Part shown: piece after piece, positions 11,841 through 23,597 of the stretch | Layout: each line of letters begins with the position of its first letter | How positions within the stretch are numbered: the first letter of the stretch is position 1 | Assembly (NCBI GenBank): GCA_054661495.1 | Contig: BAAFSQ010000074.1 | Location: 8,205-40,204, forward strand | Source of the DNA: Zygophlyctis sp. KS116 | Taxonomy: Eukaryota; Fungi; Chytridiomycota | Length of the DNA: 32,000 bases | Reading direction: 5' to 3' | Position numbers and translations under genes: made by a program | Notes under the pieces: model-generated | Seen by the model: only the letters and a program-made list of their open reading frames with translations | What the model was told of the DNA's origin: nothing | The model's database searches: none

Positions 11841-14311
11841 CTATTCCTCCTCCTCCTCTTCTTCATTAAAGACCACTTCTACTTCCTCTGTTGAATCATC
11901 AGCAAACTGCACAGGAGTGGGCTTTACAAATAAATTCGTAACAGCGTCAGTGCCACAATTAATATCCCATTTCTTTTTCCATTTCAAACTCTTACAGCGA
12001 GCATCAGTCATCGTATTTCCATAAGTGATTGGGTAAAAAGTGGTAAAACTCCAAAAGATTATCAACATTAGGAAGAAACTGGCAATCATTTTTCTAGATG
12101 AAGATGCATTAGTAAGTGCAAAGTCGAAAAATGTCGTAAACAAGAGTATTGAAAAATAGAAAGCAGGTAGGTAATGATGTAGATATACTTCTCTACCCAT
12201 GAAGAAGAATGGGAAATAATGAACAGCCCATCCTAAAAATAAAAATCCACTACTTCCTGAAATCTGTGTAAACATGTCTAGTTTATAAAGTTTATTAAAA
12301 TTACCTCCTTTGATAGATCTTTGGGCGAGAATCGTTACAACAATAAAGGCCCCAACGTAGAATACAAATGACTTTGTAGAAAGCCACCAAATGACTGGAT
12401 TTCCCAAAAAGTAAATTTGAGAGTTTCCAATCACAGATTTCCAGTACGATATACCCACATCTAGTACTGGCCAAGTAATAGGATGTGATTTGTAAGGATG
12501 TTTACCCTTAATGTTCTTATTATTTTTCCACATTGTTTTGTGAAGTTCCATAAACATTTCTGAAAACGAGGCCTTTCGGTAATTAATCTTGGTCGCATTA
12601 GACGGCACTAGAATAAATGGAAATAAATTTACTATTTGGATGTTCGTTATGATCGATTCTCCATCTATAAAGTTAACTAATTTATGAAAAATACAAACTA
12701 ATTTCGTCCTTTGCATATCCAGCACAAATCACTTCCTGCTGCTTAAAACCTTGCATCAGTAAAGAAAAAAATTACCCCAATCAGGGAGCTTCACGTCATG
12801 AGAGTAGAGGCTACATCCCGTCGAAGTATGAATCAACTTAAATTTAGATTTTACTGCATCCAGGTAAGGATTTTCAGGATCTTTATTCATTATTTGAACT
12901 TTCCAATGATCATTAAAGTCTCCTAAAAAATCAGGATTATTAGGATCTCCATATGCCGAAACTTCATTAATCTCCTTCTTGTTCGAGACAGGTGCACTTG
13001 AGACTTAAAAAAATAAAGATTACCGAACATCATGACTATGAAGCCTTTTGCCAGTTGGAACATGTTGAAGTCTTATAGTTTCACCATCTTTTACCCTATT
13101 AAAACCTTCAACCTTATCTTCAACAAGAGTCCCATTGTCCAATCGCAAAGGACGTAAAATCTCAAACAAGCTATTATCGTCTCTAAAACCGTAACAAGTA
13201 ATCTGCTGCTGTTTACTACCAGCAGGATAGTACTGTAAATGGGAATGTAAAAAGCCTCCGGCAGTTGCATCATGCCGAAGATAAACTTTTGAGCCGTAAG
13301 CCACCTCTAAAAGTTAGACCAATAATTATAAAAAAATTATAATATAATTTACATACGTTTAAAAGTATCCGGAATAACTTTTTGACCTCCCAGACCAGTT
13401 ATAAAACTAGGAGACATTTTAGAGGCCCCAATTTCCAAATCACCTTTATAAGCCATTTTAAAATGAATAAAAAAAGTAGAAATGTATATTACAGCCGGGA
13501 GTACAAGAAGACAAGCAAACCTAGCCAAAAAGTGACGAAACAGAGCCTTTAAAGAGACTGTAGAATTACAAGCCAAATCCCACAACTCCTTTACTGTAAA
13601 AATTCCTATAAACGCAATAGAAAAAACTCCAACCCATTTCACACTTGAAGCTAGACCAAGGAAAGCTCCAGTGAAAGCCAAATACTTCCACCATTGAGAG
13701 CTACAAGGACTAAATTTTAGAAAAATATTCTAAATCATACTTATTCTTGTGTTTCAAAAATTCTGTATAAGTCCATGCAGAAGCAGCAATGAAAAAAATC
13801 ATGAACGAATCAAGAAAGATAAATCGAGATTGACTAAAATTTAAAATTGAAATGTTACATCACTAGCGCATTATCCATCATCACAAACGAGGCTCCCACA
13901 AACGATGATGTCTTGGAACACTTTAGATTTCTAAGCGTCAAGTAAGCAACGGGAACCAGAAAAACACCAAATATTGCAGGAAAGAGTCTCATATGAACAT
14001 AAGGAACATTTTTTCCATATTCAAGTCCAATTTCCTGACTTTAAGCGAATTAAACTTGCCTCGAATGAAAAATTCCCATCGTATCCGCCAATTACAGCTG
14101 CTAGAGTTAGCAGAAGCTTTCCTAGGGGAGGATGCACATCCTGGAAGAATATATGTTTAACATACTTTGAAACAAAACCGCCAAAATGAACTTCGTCAAA
14201 AACAACGGCCGACGGTGATCCAATGCCATGGAAACGGATAATGCAACTAATTGCGACTAAAAGTAACACAATATATTTCTCATAATCAACGGCTGCAGTC
14301 TTTTCTGACAT
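11841..14311 (-). CDS. Dolichyl-phosphate-mannose--protein O-mannosyltransferase, PMT1/PMT2 subfamily (about 734 aa)
   Basis: Motifs VVFDEVHFGGF, FFQDVHPPLGK, SVKWVG, MIR domains (LHSH...GSKQQQITCY; RLHSHDV), YFLGNPVIWW, YLHHYLPA. Introns at 14035-14059 (GC-AG), 13834-13858, 13710-13740, 13307-13356, 12997-13023, 12750-12775, 12665-12694, 12608-12632, plus a probable in-frame intron at 12278-12304. Confidence 0.93.
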
Positions 14312-14372
14312 AAAGGCAACTATTAAAATAGACAAAAACCACGCAAGTTTTAACCTAGTCTGACACGTCAAA

Positions 14373-17167
14373 TTAGTGATTGGCCGTTATAATGTAATAT
14401 AGAAAAGGGTTTCTTTCCCTTGTAATACGTCTACTTTTTATCAATCTATCATAGATTTTGAGTTTTTCATGATCTTGTTTTGAGATTATGTAATCCTCTG
14501 AATTATGCATTAGAGGTGCATAAATTAAACCTAGAATTTTTGGTTCTAAAGAACTGAAAAATAGACTCTTATAGTCACAAGGGTACATGTTATGTAAAGG
14601 AATTAAAAGAAGTCGTCCCCATAGTTCATTTCCAAAAGAAGAAGAGCTGAAATTGGATAAAAGTTGAGAATATAACTGATAAAAATTAACTTGAGATCCC
14701 ATTAGAGTTTCAAGATTACAAATAGGAGCAGAATTCCATTCATTCAAAACGTATTCAAGGCATGCCTGGATTTTAGGTTCAAGGCATATAGCCTCATCAG
14801 AAGCAGAACTTAAAAGGCAGAGTTTCATTGTAGCAATCATTAGTCGTCCAATGTCAAGTCCAAGTCCACATGAGTCGTGTAGTGTGACTATAGAATATAT
14901 AATAAATATATATCCACTCAGGTCTTCTGAACAGACAGTAACATGATTTTGCTCCTCTTCTAAAAATGAGTCAATGGGAGAATATATCCAAGATTTTGAT
15001 AATGGTAGAGTTGGACCATTTTCTTCAATTTCCATCCAAAGAGATGAAATAGATTCGTAATTGCAACTATATATTGCTGATGAATTCTTTAGGCTTGAAT
15101 CAGAATAGAAACTTTTATCATAAATATCCAACATGATCATTTTATGCTCTTCAAGAATTTCAGAAATAGAGTTTAATGAGGAATGATCCAAAAGCTTAAA
15201 AAGTGAAAAAAGGGTCCTGGAGCCAATAGTTTCTTGTCCAGGTTGAATAAGAGATAAAATATGAAAATAAATCTTGATTTTAGCATTTTCATTCTTCAGT
15301 CCTTTGTCAAGGGATTTTAAATGAGTATTAAGAATAGATAGCTTTCCTTGTGCGTAAAATCTTGTCCAATAATGTTGAGGTTGCTCTAGTATGTAATCCA
15401 CGAGAAGCTGGATATCATTCTCTAAATTTAGAGAATCTTCAATCCAAGGATTTATGACAAGCATTAAATCAGCAATTGAAGAGTAAAAATCCATTCCAAA
15501 TGTTTGATTTGTAAGATTATTAATCATACTGGATAGATCCGTATGCATCTTTTGAAATTTCCAAGATTTAAAAGGAGTTTCATCGGCATAAGATATAACT
15601 CTTAGCGCGAGTTCTTGTGCCATGTTCCTGAAAATAGGATAAAAACTGTTTAAATTTTTATAAATCTTTAAGCAAAGATCCGCAGTTGAGACTGTGGGAT
15701 CTAGACGATCTATGTATGCTGTAAAAAAATCTAATACAGATGAAACGGAAGCTAAATGCAGATGTAAAACATTTTCTAATCTATTAAAATGATGAGCATA
15801 CCTTGAACTTTTTCTAAATCAATAATCCAAGAAAATATAGACAATAGTATATCTAAAAATGGTTTCATTTCATCCTCCAAACTCCCCATTGTGAAACCTT
15901 TAGGCATTAAAAAAACAAAATCTTTAAGAGTTTTCAAGAATCCAATACGAGATTTTAAATGAAATTCATGATTAGAAAACTTGAAATATTCTCTTGCTTT
16001 AGCATACATCAATGGACGATAATCACTTAATATCCCTCTAGTCAGTCCATACTTGCTACAAACAGATAAAATCATCCACGCCAAATAAGTTTCTGAATCT
16101 ACTTCCAAATCAGCTATTGATACCATTATTATATCTAGACCATTTTTGACAACAAATTCTTGAGCATTTTCTTTAGATGCCACACATACATTAAAAAATA
16201 TGAGAAAAACTAAATCTTTAAAATTACTTTTTCTAGAAATTTTCACTAGAGTCTCTAAAAGACCTTTTTTCACAATCTGATTTGCTGAATCCCTTGAATA
16301 TTTAGAAAATCCTAAAATAATCTCTAAAATCATTTCCAAATCACAAATTTCCAATTCCAAAGTTAAAAGATACCCCAATCTTTCTATAATATTCCCTTTC
16401 AAAAGCCCCATACTTGGATCTTGTTTTAAAAGAGCCTTGATTGAACCAAAAGAATCTTTTTCCACTTCTTTTTCCACATCTAAAACTTGAGACATTTGCT
16501 TTCCCTCAACAGCATTAATATACCCCTCCAATACTTTTTCAGACTTTGCTAAAACAAGTAAATTATTCCTAGAAAAAACAATTTCCTCCAATACTCTATC
16601 TTGCCTTGTATTCATTAAAATCCTTAAAATTTCCAAAACATCAGAAAATCCCTTTTTTTGATCCAATCCCACTCTCAGATATAGTCCAATATTAACTTTT
16701 TCTACTAATTTCATCACTTTTTCATCTAAATCCTGTTCTAATTTCCTAAAAATCTTGAGTAATACTCCCCAAGCCCTCTTTTGTATCTGTAAACTAGAAC
16801 TCCTAGTATAATCTAAAATCTCTTGCAGACTCTGAGTCTCTTCTACAGTCTCTTTAGTCTGACACAACTCCCCAGAGAGAAAAAATCTCTCTGTATTTTG
16901 ATCTATTGAATCTGTGTTTTGTAATAGATTTGATTTGATGTCATCCCCCAAATCTAAATTGAATTTTGTTTCATCAGCAGTCTGTAAATCATTTTTAAAG
17001 TCGGCTATTTCATTTAATTCATCTCCTTTAACGATTGTAGAGTTTCTACATCTCTTGAATTTAGAGTCTGAGTTCATTATTCTAAAGACTGAGGGAAATC
17101 CCTGCTCTTGTCTTTTAAATTCAGCACATGGTAAAACACTAGATTTCTCTACAATCCCTTTGAGCAT
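14373..17167 (-). CDS. RNA polymerase II-associated protein 1 (RPAP1/Rba50)-like, about 922 aa
   Basis: Two ORFs joined by a 26-nt intron at 15776-15801. N-terminal GFP motif, RPAP1_C-like EILDYTRSSSLQIQ, ARM-like helices and C-terminal FSSSSFGNELWGRLLLIPL. Divergent: the usual LHHHG segment is not recognisable. Confidence 0.7.
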
Positions 17168-17181
17168 CACTAAAATTTAAA

Positions 17182-17712
17182 ATGTTTGGAATTAAAAAAC
17201 TACTTAAAGCCGGACATCCAATGCTAAGAATCCCAACTAAACCTCTTTCTTTATCTGATCTAGAATCCCCAGAAACTCTAGACTGCCTGGTACAATTAAG
17301 AAAAGGTCTAAAAGGTGATATAATTGGTCTTTCTGCTCCTCAAGTAGGATATTCTCTTCGAATTTTAGGATATTCCATTCCAAAGAGTCTAATCAAACTC
17401 TATAATTTAGATGAAGAGATTCCAACTACATTTTTAATTAATCCAATTGTTAAAAATCAATCAATGGCAGTGACTGCTTATGAATCTTGTGCATCAATTC
17501 CAAACTTTAATGCTCTTGTTAAAAGATACAATAATATTTCTGTAGAGGCATTGGATCCTTTTGGAAAGGAAATAAAACTTGAAGCATCAGGGATTTTAGC
17601 TAGAATTATACAACATGAAGTAGATCATTTAGATGGGAATTTATATACTGAAAGGATGATACAAAAGTCTTTTAGACATGATTCATATGTAGACAAGTAT
17701 GAATATTCGTGA
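17182..17712 (+). CDS. PDF: Peptide deformylase (eukaryotic/mitochondrial PDF1A-like), 176 aa, intronless
   Basis: GHPMLR, motif 1 IGLSAPQVG, FLINP, motif 2 ESCAS (EGCLS variant), motif 3 ARIIQHEVDHLDG. Confidence 0.93.
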   Translation: MFGIKKLLKAGHPMLRIPTKPLSLSDLESPETLDCLVQLRKGLKGDIIGLSAPQVGYSLRILGYSIPKSLIKLYNLDEEIPTTFLINPIVKNQSMAVTAYESCASIPNFNALVKRYNNISVEALDPFGKEIKLEASGILARIIQHEVDHLDGNLYTERMIQKSFRHDSYVDKYEYS

Positions 17713-17870
17713 ATTTATCTAAATACTTTACTCATTCAAGGGATTTTATTATAAAGAATGATTTAATAGTAAAAACAATGATTACAGGACAGGTAAGTGA
17801 GGATTTCAAGTTAAGTGAGTATTTAAGTGAGCACAGGCCTAAAAAATCTGCAGAATCCTTAATTTACACA

Positions 17871-18679
17871 ATGACAAAGTTCAGGCCTTGCATTGATCTT
17901 CATAATGGACAAGTAAAGCAGATTGTAGGATCTACTCTAAATAGCAATCTCAAGACTAATTTTGTATCGCAAGAATCACCAAAATACTATGCTAAACTAT
18001 ACAAATCTCTTGGGTTGAGTGGGGGGCATGTTATAATGTTGGGTCCGAATAATACTGATGCAGCTCTAGAAATATTATTGGAAAATTCAGAGTTGCAGAT
18101 TGGAGGTGGAATAAATTTAGAAAATGCAAAATATTGGCTGGAAAATGGGGCTCAAAAGGTTATTGTGACTTCTTTTTTGTTTCCAGATGGTAAATTTAAT
18201 CTAGATAGACTCTCTAAATTATCTTTAGTTGTAGAAAAGGAGAAATTGGTCATTGATCTAAGGTATTTTTTAGATTTAAAATTGTAGTTGTAAAAAGGTT
18301 GCAAGTGAGTATGTAGTTGCTATGGACAAGTGGAAAACTTTGACTGATTTGGTTTTAAATAAGGAATCTTTAGAATTACTAAGTGAATATTGCAGGTAGA
18401 TTTTAGTTTATAATATTTAGTGAATTTTTAGTGCATGCTGCAGATATAGAAGGTCTTTGTAAAGGGATTGATGAGGATTTAGTGTGTAAATTAGGAGAAT
18501 GGTCTCCAATTCCTGTTACGTATGCTGGTGGAGGGAAATCTTTGGTGGATTTAGAAACTGTTTGCAAATTATCAAATAATAAGGTGGATCTTACTTTTGG
18601 GAGTGCATTGGATATATTTGGTGGAAATGGAGTTAAACTTTTGGATTGCGTTAAATGGAATTCTCTTCAAAACGTTTAA
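17871..18679 (+). CDS. HIS6: ProFAR isomerase (histidine biosynthesis), 252 aa
   Basis: [68 protein letters not shown]. Two 25-nt introns at 18263-18287 and 18396-18420. Confidence 0.96.
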
Positions 18680-18680
18680 T

Positions 18681-20049
18681 TTAAATCCATTGGTAAAATT
18701 GAATCATGCCCCATTTACCATTGACCATCCAATCAGAGTCTTTAGAAAATAAGGCTTGAGATTGATTTGGCTTTAACCCCGCTATTAAATCACTCTTACA
18801 GGTTCTTAACATTACAAAAGGAGTTGTTTTAGGACTATGAAGAGGACCAATAGCTTCGTGAAATGATCTAGTATGGTCCCAAGCTCCATCATAAATCATT
18901 TTTCTATAATTCAAATCTCCCTTAAAAATCACTAAACCAGCATTGAAAATATCAATAGATGCATCGCCTTCATGATGAACTAAATTCCAAAAAGAATGAT
19001 GAGAACACCAAAATGAATCCTTTTTAAGAGTCCATTTTCCATTTTGAATCCACAGTCTCCAGGTTGACTCCAGTTCTTGAAATCCAAAAGATCCAAGTTC
19101 TTTTAATGTCCATTCAAAGTCATCTGGAATTGTATCAGATACAAACCATGGAATAGTTTTACAATGGAAAATTATTACTAATGATGGGTTGAGCGTGCAG
19201 AGAACATGTGCCAGGCATAAATCTGTAAAGAGCTCAAATCCTAATGATGTTATCACGGAAAATTACCTGCATTATCTAGTACAAATACAACAGTCTGGTT
19301 AGAGAGTGCCATAACTACATCCAAAAGTCTTTCCATATCATTAACAATTATTTGCTGATTAAAATCAACGATACCTGACTTGACATTTTGAATTTCCTGA
19401 TTATTTGAAAAGAGTGATAAATCCGTCTTTAATTAGTTTTAACAATACTAAAACATACCTGATTCCCCCACAATGAAGACAGTATAAAGTTTCGAATACA
19501 TTCCCGTGGTTCAATAGTATGAATTGATTCAAGATGTTTGGCTAAATCTTCAACATTTTTCCTTGATTCCTTGAATGAAATCTATTATAAGTTGGGAAAG
19601 TTACATGTTTTTGTTCTTGAAATACATCAAAATCAGACCATTCCTCCATCAATTGTAGCGACTCATAAATCTTTCTATACTATTTAATTAGATCGTATCA
19701 TACATACCATTGCAGTTTCACTAAACAGCCATGGGGCAGAATACCAAGAATCATTATCTGCTTGCGCCAACTCTTCCAAACGCAAGTTCCATTCATGACA
19801 ATCTTGTCCACTAAATGGTTTAATCTTATAATCTCTGCAGAGTTCATATTTTAGGCCAGATATTGCGCTGATGACTTTGGAAGGTGGAGCATGTGATGTT
19901 TGTCCTGCTCTCGCAAGTGTATCGATGACTCTTGTTAGTATTACTGGTAGGCGATCTCTCAGTGTCAAGTATGCAAATGAGCTTTTATCCGCTCCTCTCA
20001 ATGGAGAGCATAAATGGCTTGGAAAAGGCTCAAGTTGTTTTCGATTCAT
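18681..20049 (-). CDS. DUF89/ARMT1-like damage-control phosphatase (yeast YMR027W-like), 419 aa
   Basis: SFAYLTLRDRLPVILT, LWGNQTDLS, VLDNAGFEL, PWFVSD, FKGDLNYRK, RTCKSD. Introns at 19680-19707, 19582-19604 (23 nt), 19427-19458, 19241-19266. Confidence 0.92.
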
Positions 20050-20089
20050 TAGGTGATAAGTCCTAAAAGGGAATATATTTTCAATATTT

Positions 20090-21710
20090 TTACTGTCCAA
20101 AGGAAAATCCACCAGAAGGAATATTCATCTCTTGAGGGAACGAATAATTTCCAGAAGCATCAACATTGGTATTTATAGCAGCTTCATCTTCATCTGAGAA
20201 GTAAGTATCAATAATATGATATGCTTTCTTGTAAATTTCCTGGTTATCATGAAGTTGTAGTTGATGAATCTTTTCCATACCACCAGCTTCTTCAATAAAC
20301 AAGGCCATATTATTTACTTCATTGTTGAGAGGTTTGTCGATTTCTCCTACTTTGAGTATATTTTCTAATCCATCTAAAGAAACTTGAATAATTTTATTAT
20401 CTCCGCAGGTTAGTAAATCACACAGTGGTTTAATACATCCTTGTTGAACCAAGTACCGAATTTGTTCAGGACGACTTAAACCTCCAGAAGTTGCATTAGA
20501 AATAGCCCAACATGCTTCTTTTTTGGTCTTAAAGTCTCCAAGCGACATTAAAGAAATAATTGGAGGAATTAAATTTGCTTCAATCACTGCTTGAATTTGA
20601 GTTGGATTTCCAGCAGTAATATTAGAAATAGTCCAACAAGATTCCTTTCTAATAGTTTCTTTAGAGGAAGACATAAGAGACAATAAAGCTGAAAGAGCAT
20701 TACAATTTAAAATAGTTTGAGTCTGAATATCATCTCCAGTTACAATATTTCCAACAGAACGTAAAGCAGGAGTTTGAACAGATGGTGAGTTGTGCCTATC
20801 GTTGTAAAATTTAGTAAAAATTACATTAGCAGTTCTACTAATCTTCTACAAACACCAGATTCAATCACAGCCTGAATTTTCTCATTAGCCCCATCAGACA
20901 AATAAGAGATTGCCCAACATGTATCAGTTAAAATCTATATTGTTAAAAAAATCTAGAAATTACCTCTTCATCAGATGAATAAATCATTTTTGATAAAACT
21001 GGCAAAGCAACTTGAACCGTATTCCAATTTGGTTGAGGATTCTTTCCACGACAAAAATTTGAAAGAGTCCAAATCGCATTTCTAGTCATTGAAACTTTTG
21101 ACTGACTATCTTGTAAAATCATCAATAATGGTATTATAGCATTGCATTGCAACACAATATCTCTACAATTTGGTGAATCACCAGCAATATTTCCTAAAGC
21201 CCAAACTGCCTGTTCTCTTACATCTGCTTCTGGAGAAGACAATAATGCCACAAAGTGAGGTACTGCACCTGCTTCTACTACTACCTGAGTCTGTAGAGAA
21301 GACCCAGAAGCAATATTAGTGAGTGCCCAAGCGGCTTCAAACTGTAATTGATGATTTGAACTTGATAAAAATTCGACAAATTTAGGAATTACACCAGTAG
21401 CAATAACTTCTTGAATTGGAGGATTTTTTTCCTTTGATAAAATCTTTCTAAATTTTGAAGTTGCTGATAACTGGTCTTCCATATTTGCCGAATGGACATC
21501 TCTCACCATCGCATGTAGATCTCCAATTGTATTATTCATGACTGGTTCATCATCAGAGTCCGATTTCACATCCGCAAAGTTTCTTCTTTTAGCAATAGAC
21601 TCTTCCTTTTTCTGTTTTCTTATTTCGACTGCCACATCTTCCCTTCTTCTTCTCAGCTCGTCCTGTTTCAAGACTCCTCGATTCTTGTACCCAGCAATTC
21701 TGTCTGCCAT
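20090..21710 (-). CDS. SRP1: Importin subunit alpha (karyopherin alpha), 520 aa
   Basis: IBB domain [28 protein letters not shown] and ARM repeats ([41 protein letters not shown]). Two 29-nt introns at 20935-20963 and 20796-20824. Confidence 0.97.
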
Positions 21711-21924
21711 TTTTTTGCTAATTAAAAAGGATAAGGTGCCATTGGCCTCTACTCTAGCACTTGATGGTGCCACAATTCTGAAACTTGACCTATGCTGGAG
21801 AGTGGACGATGATATAATTCATATAATTTTGTATAAGAGTGGAATTATTCAAGGATAAATTTGGGATATTATTGGTTTTATTGCAAATAAACTGCTTTAA
21901 AAGTTGCTTTAAAAAAGTCTGAAA

Positions 21925-23516
21925 ATGTCAATTCCTCCACGACCATCAAAGACAGTATTATCTCCAGAGTCTGGCAGGAAAAAGGAGGAAAAGTCTCTTC
22001 TTGGAACATTTCTAGGGATTTTTGATTCAGAAAAACCGGAAATCTTAAAATCTGACATCTCTTCACCTTTTAATGCAGTGCACTTGACACATGTAAGATA
22101 TAATGATGAGTCAGGAGAGTTTCAAGGACTACCATCAGAATGGGAAGCGCTGCTAAGAGAATCTGGAATCACTAAACAGGATCAGAAATCTAATCCACAG
22201 GCTGTAATTGATGTCATGAGCTTTTACTCAGAAACTCAAAAGAGAAGTGACGATATCTTTTTTAAAATTAATTCAGAATTTTTACAACCGCCAAAGAAAC
22301 CTCCAAGATCAATCTCAAAAGAAGATTTAACGGGTAAAGACTCTCCACCGCCAACCATTCCTCCAAGACCGCTATTCACAATGAAACAGTCAAATGTTGC
22401 AGAGAAATCTACTATTTATGAACAGTTTGGTGAAAAAAAGCCTCCAAGATCATCATCTGTAGAATCTCTTTCAAATTCAATTACAACTGTTCAATTACAG
22501 CCAAAATTACCACCAAAGCCAAAAACACCAAAAATGCAAGATAACTCTCCGCCAGCTGTTAGACCGAGGAAGAAACCACTTAACTTGGATCAAGTTATGG
22601 ATCATTTGAAAAAAATTAGTAAAGAAATGGATCCACTCACTCAATACTCTAATTTAATTAAAATTGGTCAAGGTGCGTCTGGTGGTGTTTTTAGTGCGTC
22701 AAGTAATACAGGGGAATTTGTAGCTCTAAAACAGATAAATTTGGAAAATCAACCAAAAAAAGATTTAATTATAAATGAAATTATTGTAATGAAGGATTCT
22801 AAACATAAAAATATCGTAAATTATATTGATTCTTTTATTTGGAAAGGGGATTTATGGGTATCTATTTTAAAATTTCTAAGAATAGGTGGCAATGGAATAT
22901 ATGGAAGGTGGATCATTAACAGACTGCGTGACTTCGAACTTTATGACTGAAGGTCAAATTGCTGCTGTTTGTAAGGAGACTCTGGATGGTCTTGTTCATC
23001 TTCACTCCAAAGGTGTCATTCATAGGGATATAAAGTCTGATAACGTTTTACTAGGTTTAGATGGTCAAATAAAGATTACAGATTTTGGATTTTGTGCTCA
23101 AATAATGTCGGAAGATGCAAAACGTACTACAATGGTTGGTACTCCCTACTGGATGGCTCCAGAGGTTGTAAAAAGGAAAGAGTATGGCCCCAAAGTGGAT
23201 ATTTGGTCTCTAGGAATTATGGCAATTGAAATGATTGAAGGCGAACCGCCTTATCTAAATGAAAACCCTTTGCGAGCATTGTATCTCATAGCAACGAACG
23301 GCACTCCAAAAATCAATCACCCAGAAACACTCAGTGAACCTTTTAAAGATTTCTTAAGAAATGCACTAACTGTCAATGCAAACGAGAGACCTTCAGCTTC
23401 AGATTTACTTCAGGTATATTCCACATTCTTATCAATAGCATCCATTCATAGAGCTTGCTGTACCTTTATCACACCTTGTCCCACTTATTTTAGCCTCCAA
23501 AAAGTCAAAGAAGTAG
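21925..23516 (+). CDS. STE20: p21-activated kinase, Ste20-like, 512 aa
   Basis: [17 protein letters not shown], kinase motifs [29 protein letters not shown], and a G-beta-binding-like tail [11 protein letters not shown]. No PH domain, so not Cla4-type. Introns at 22858-22885 and 23414-23438. Confidence 0.92.
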
Positions 23517-23597
23517 AAAGAACGAATTGTAAAAACTTTCAAATGCCTCAATAAATGATACTTTTGACTTGATTCAATGTTTTTAATAAGCAATAAT

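Noticed and set aside
719-14371. Fragmented ORFs read as pseudogenes, programmed frameshifts or a variant genetic code
   Set aside because: Every break coincides with a GT(GC)-AG micro-intron whose removal restores the frame under the standard code.
17709-17870. N-terminal extension of HIS6 overlapping the PDF stop (bacterial-style GTGA coupling)
   Set aside because: Homology begins at MTKFRPCID (17871). The upstream GTG start is an artefact of a prokaryotic-style ORF caller.
20050-20112. DUF89 ORF overlapping the SRP1 3' end
   Set aside because: It relies on a non-ATG start. ATG 20049 gives a normal-length protein.
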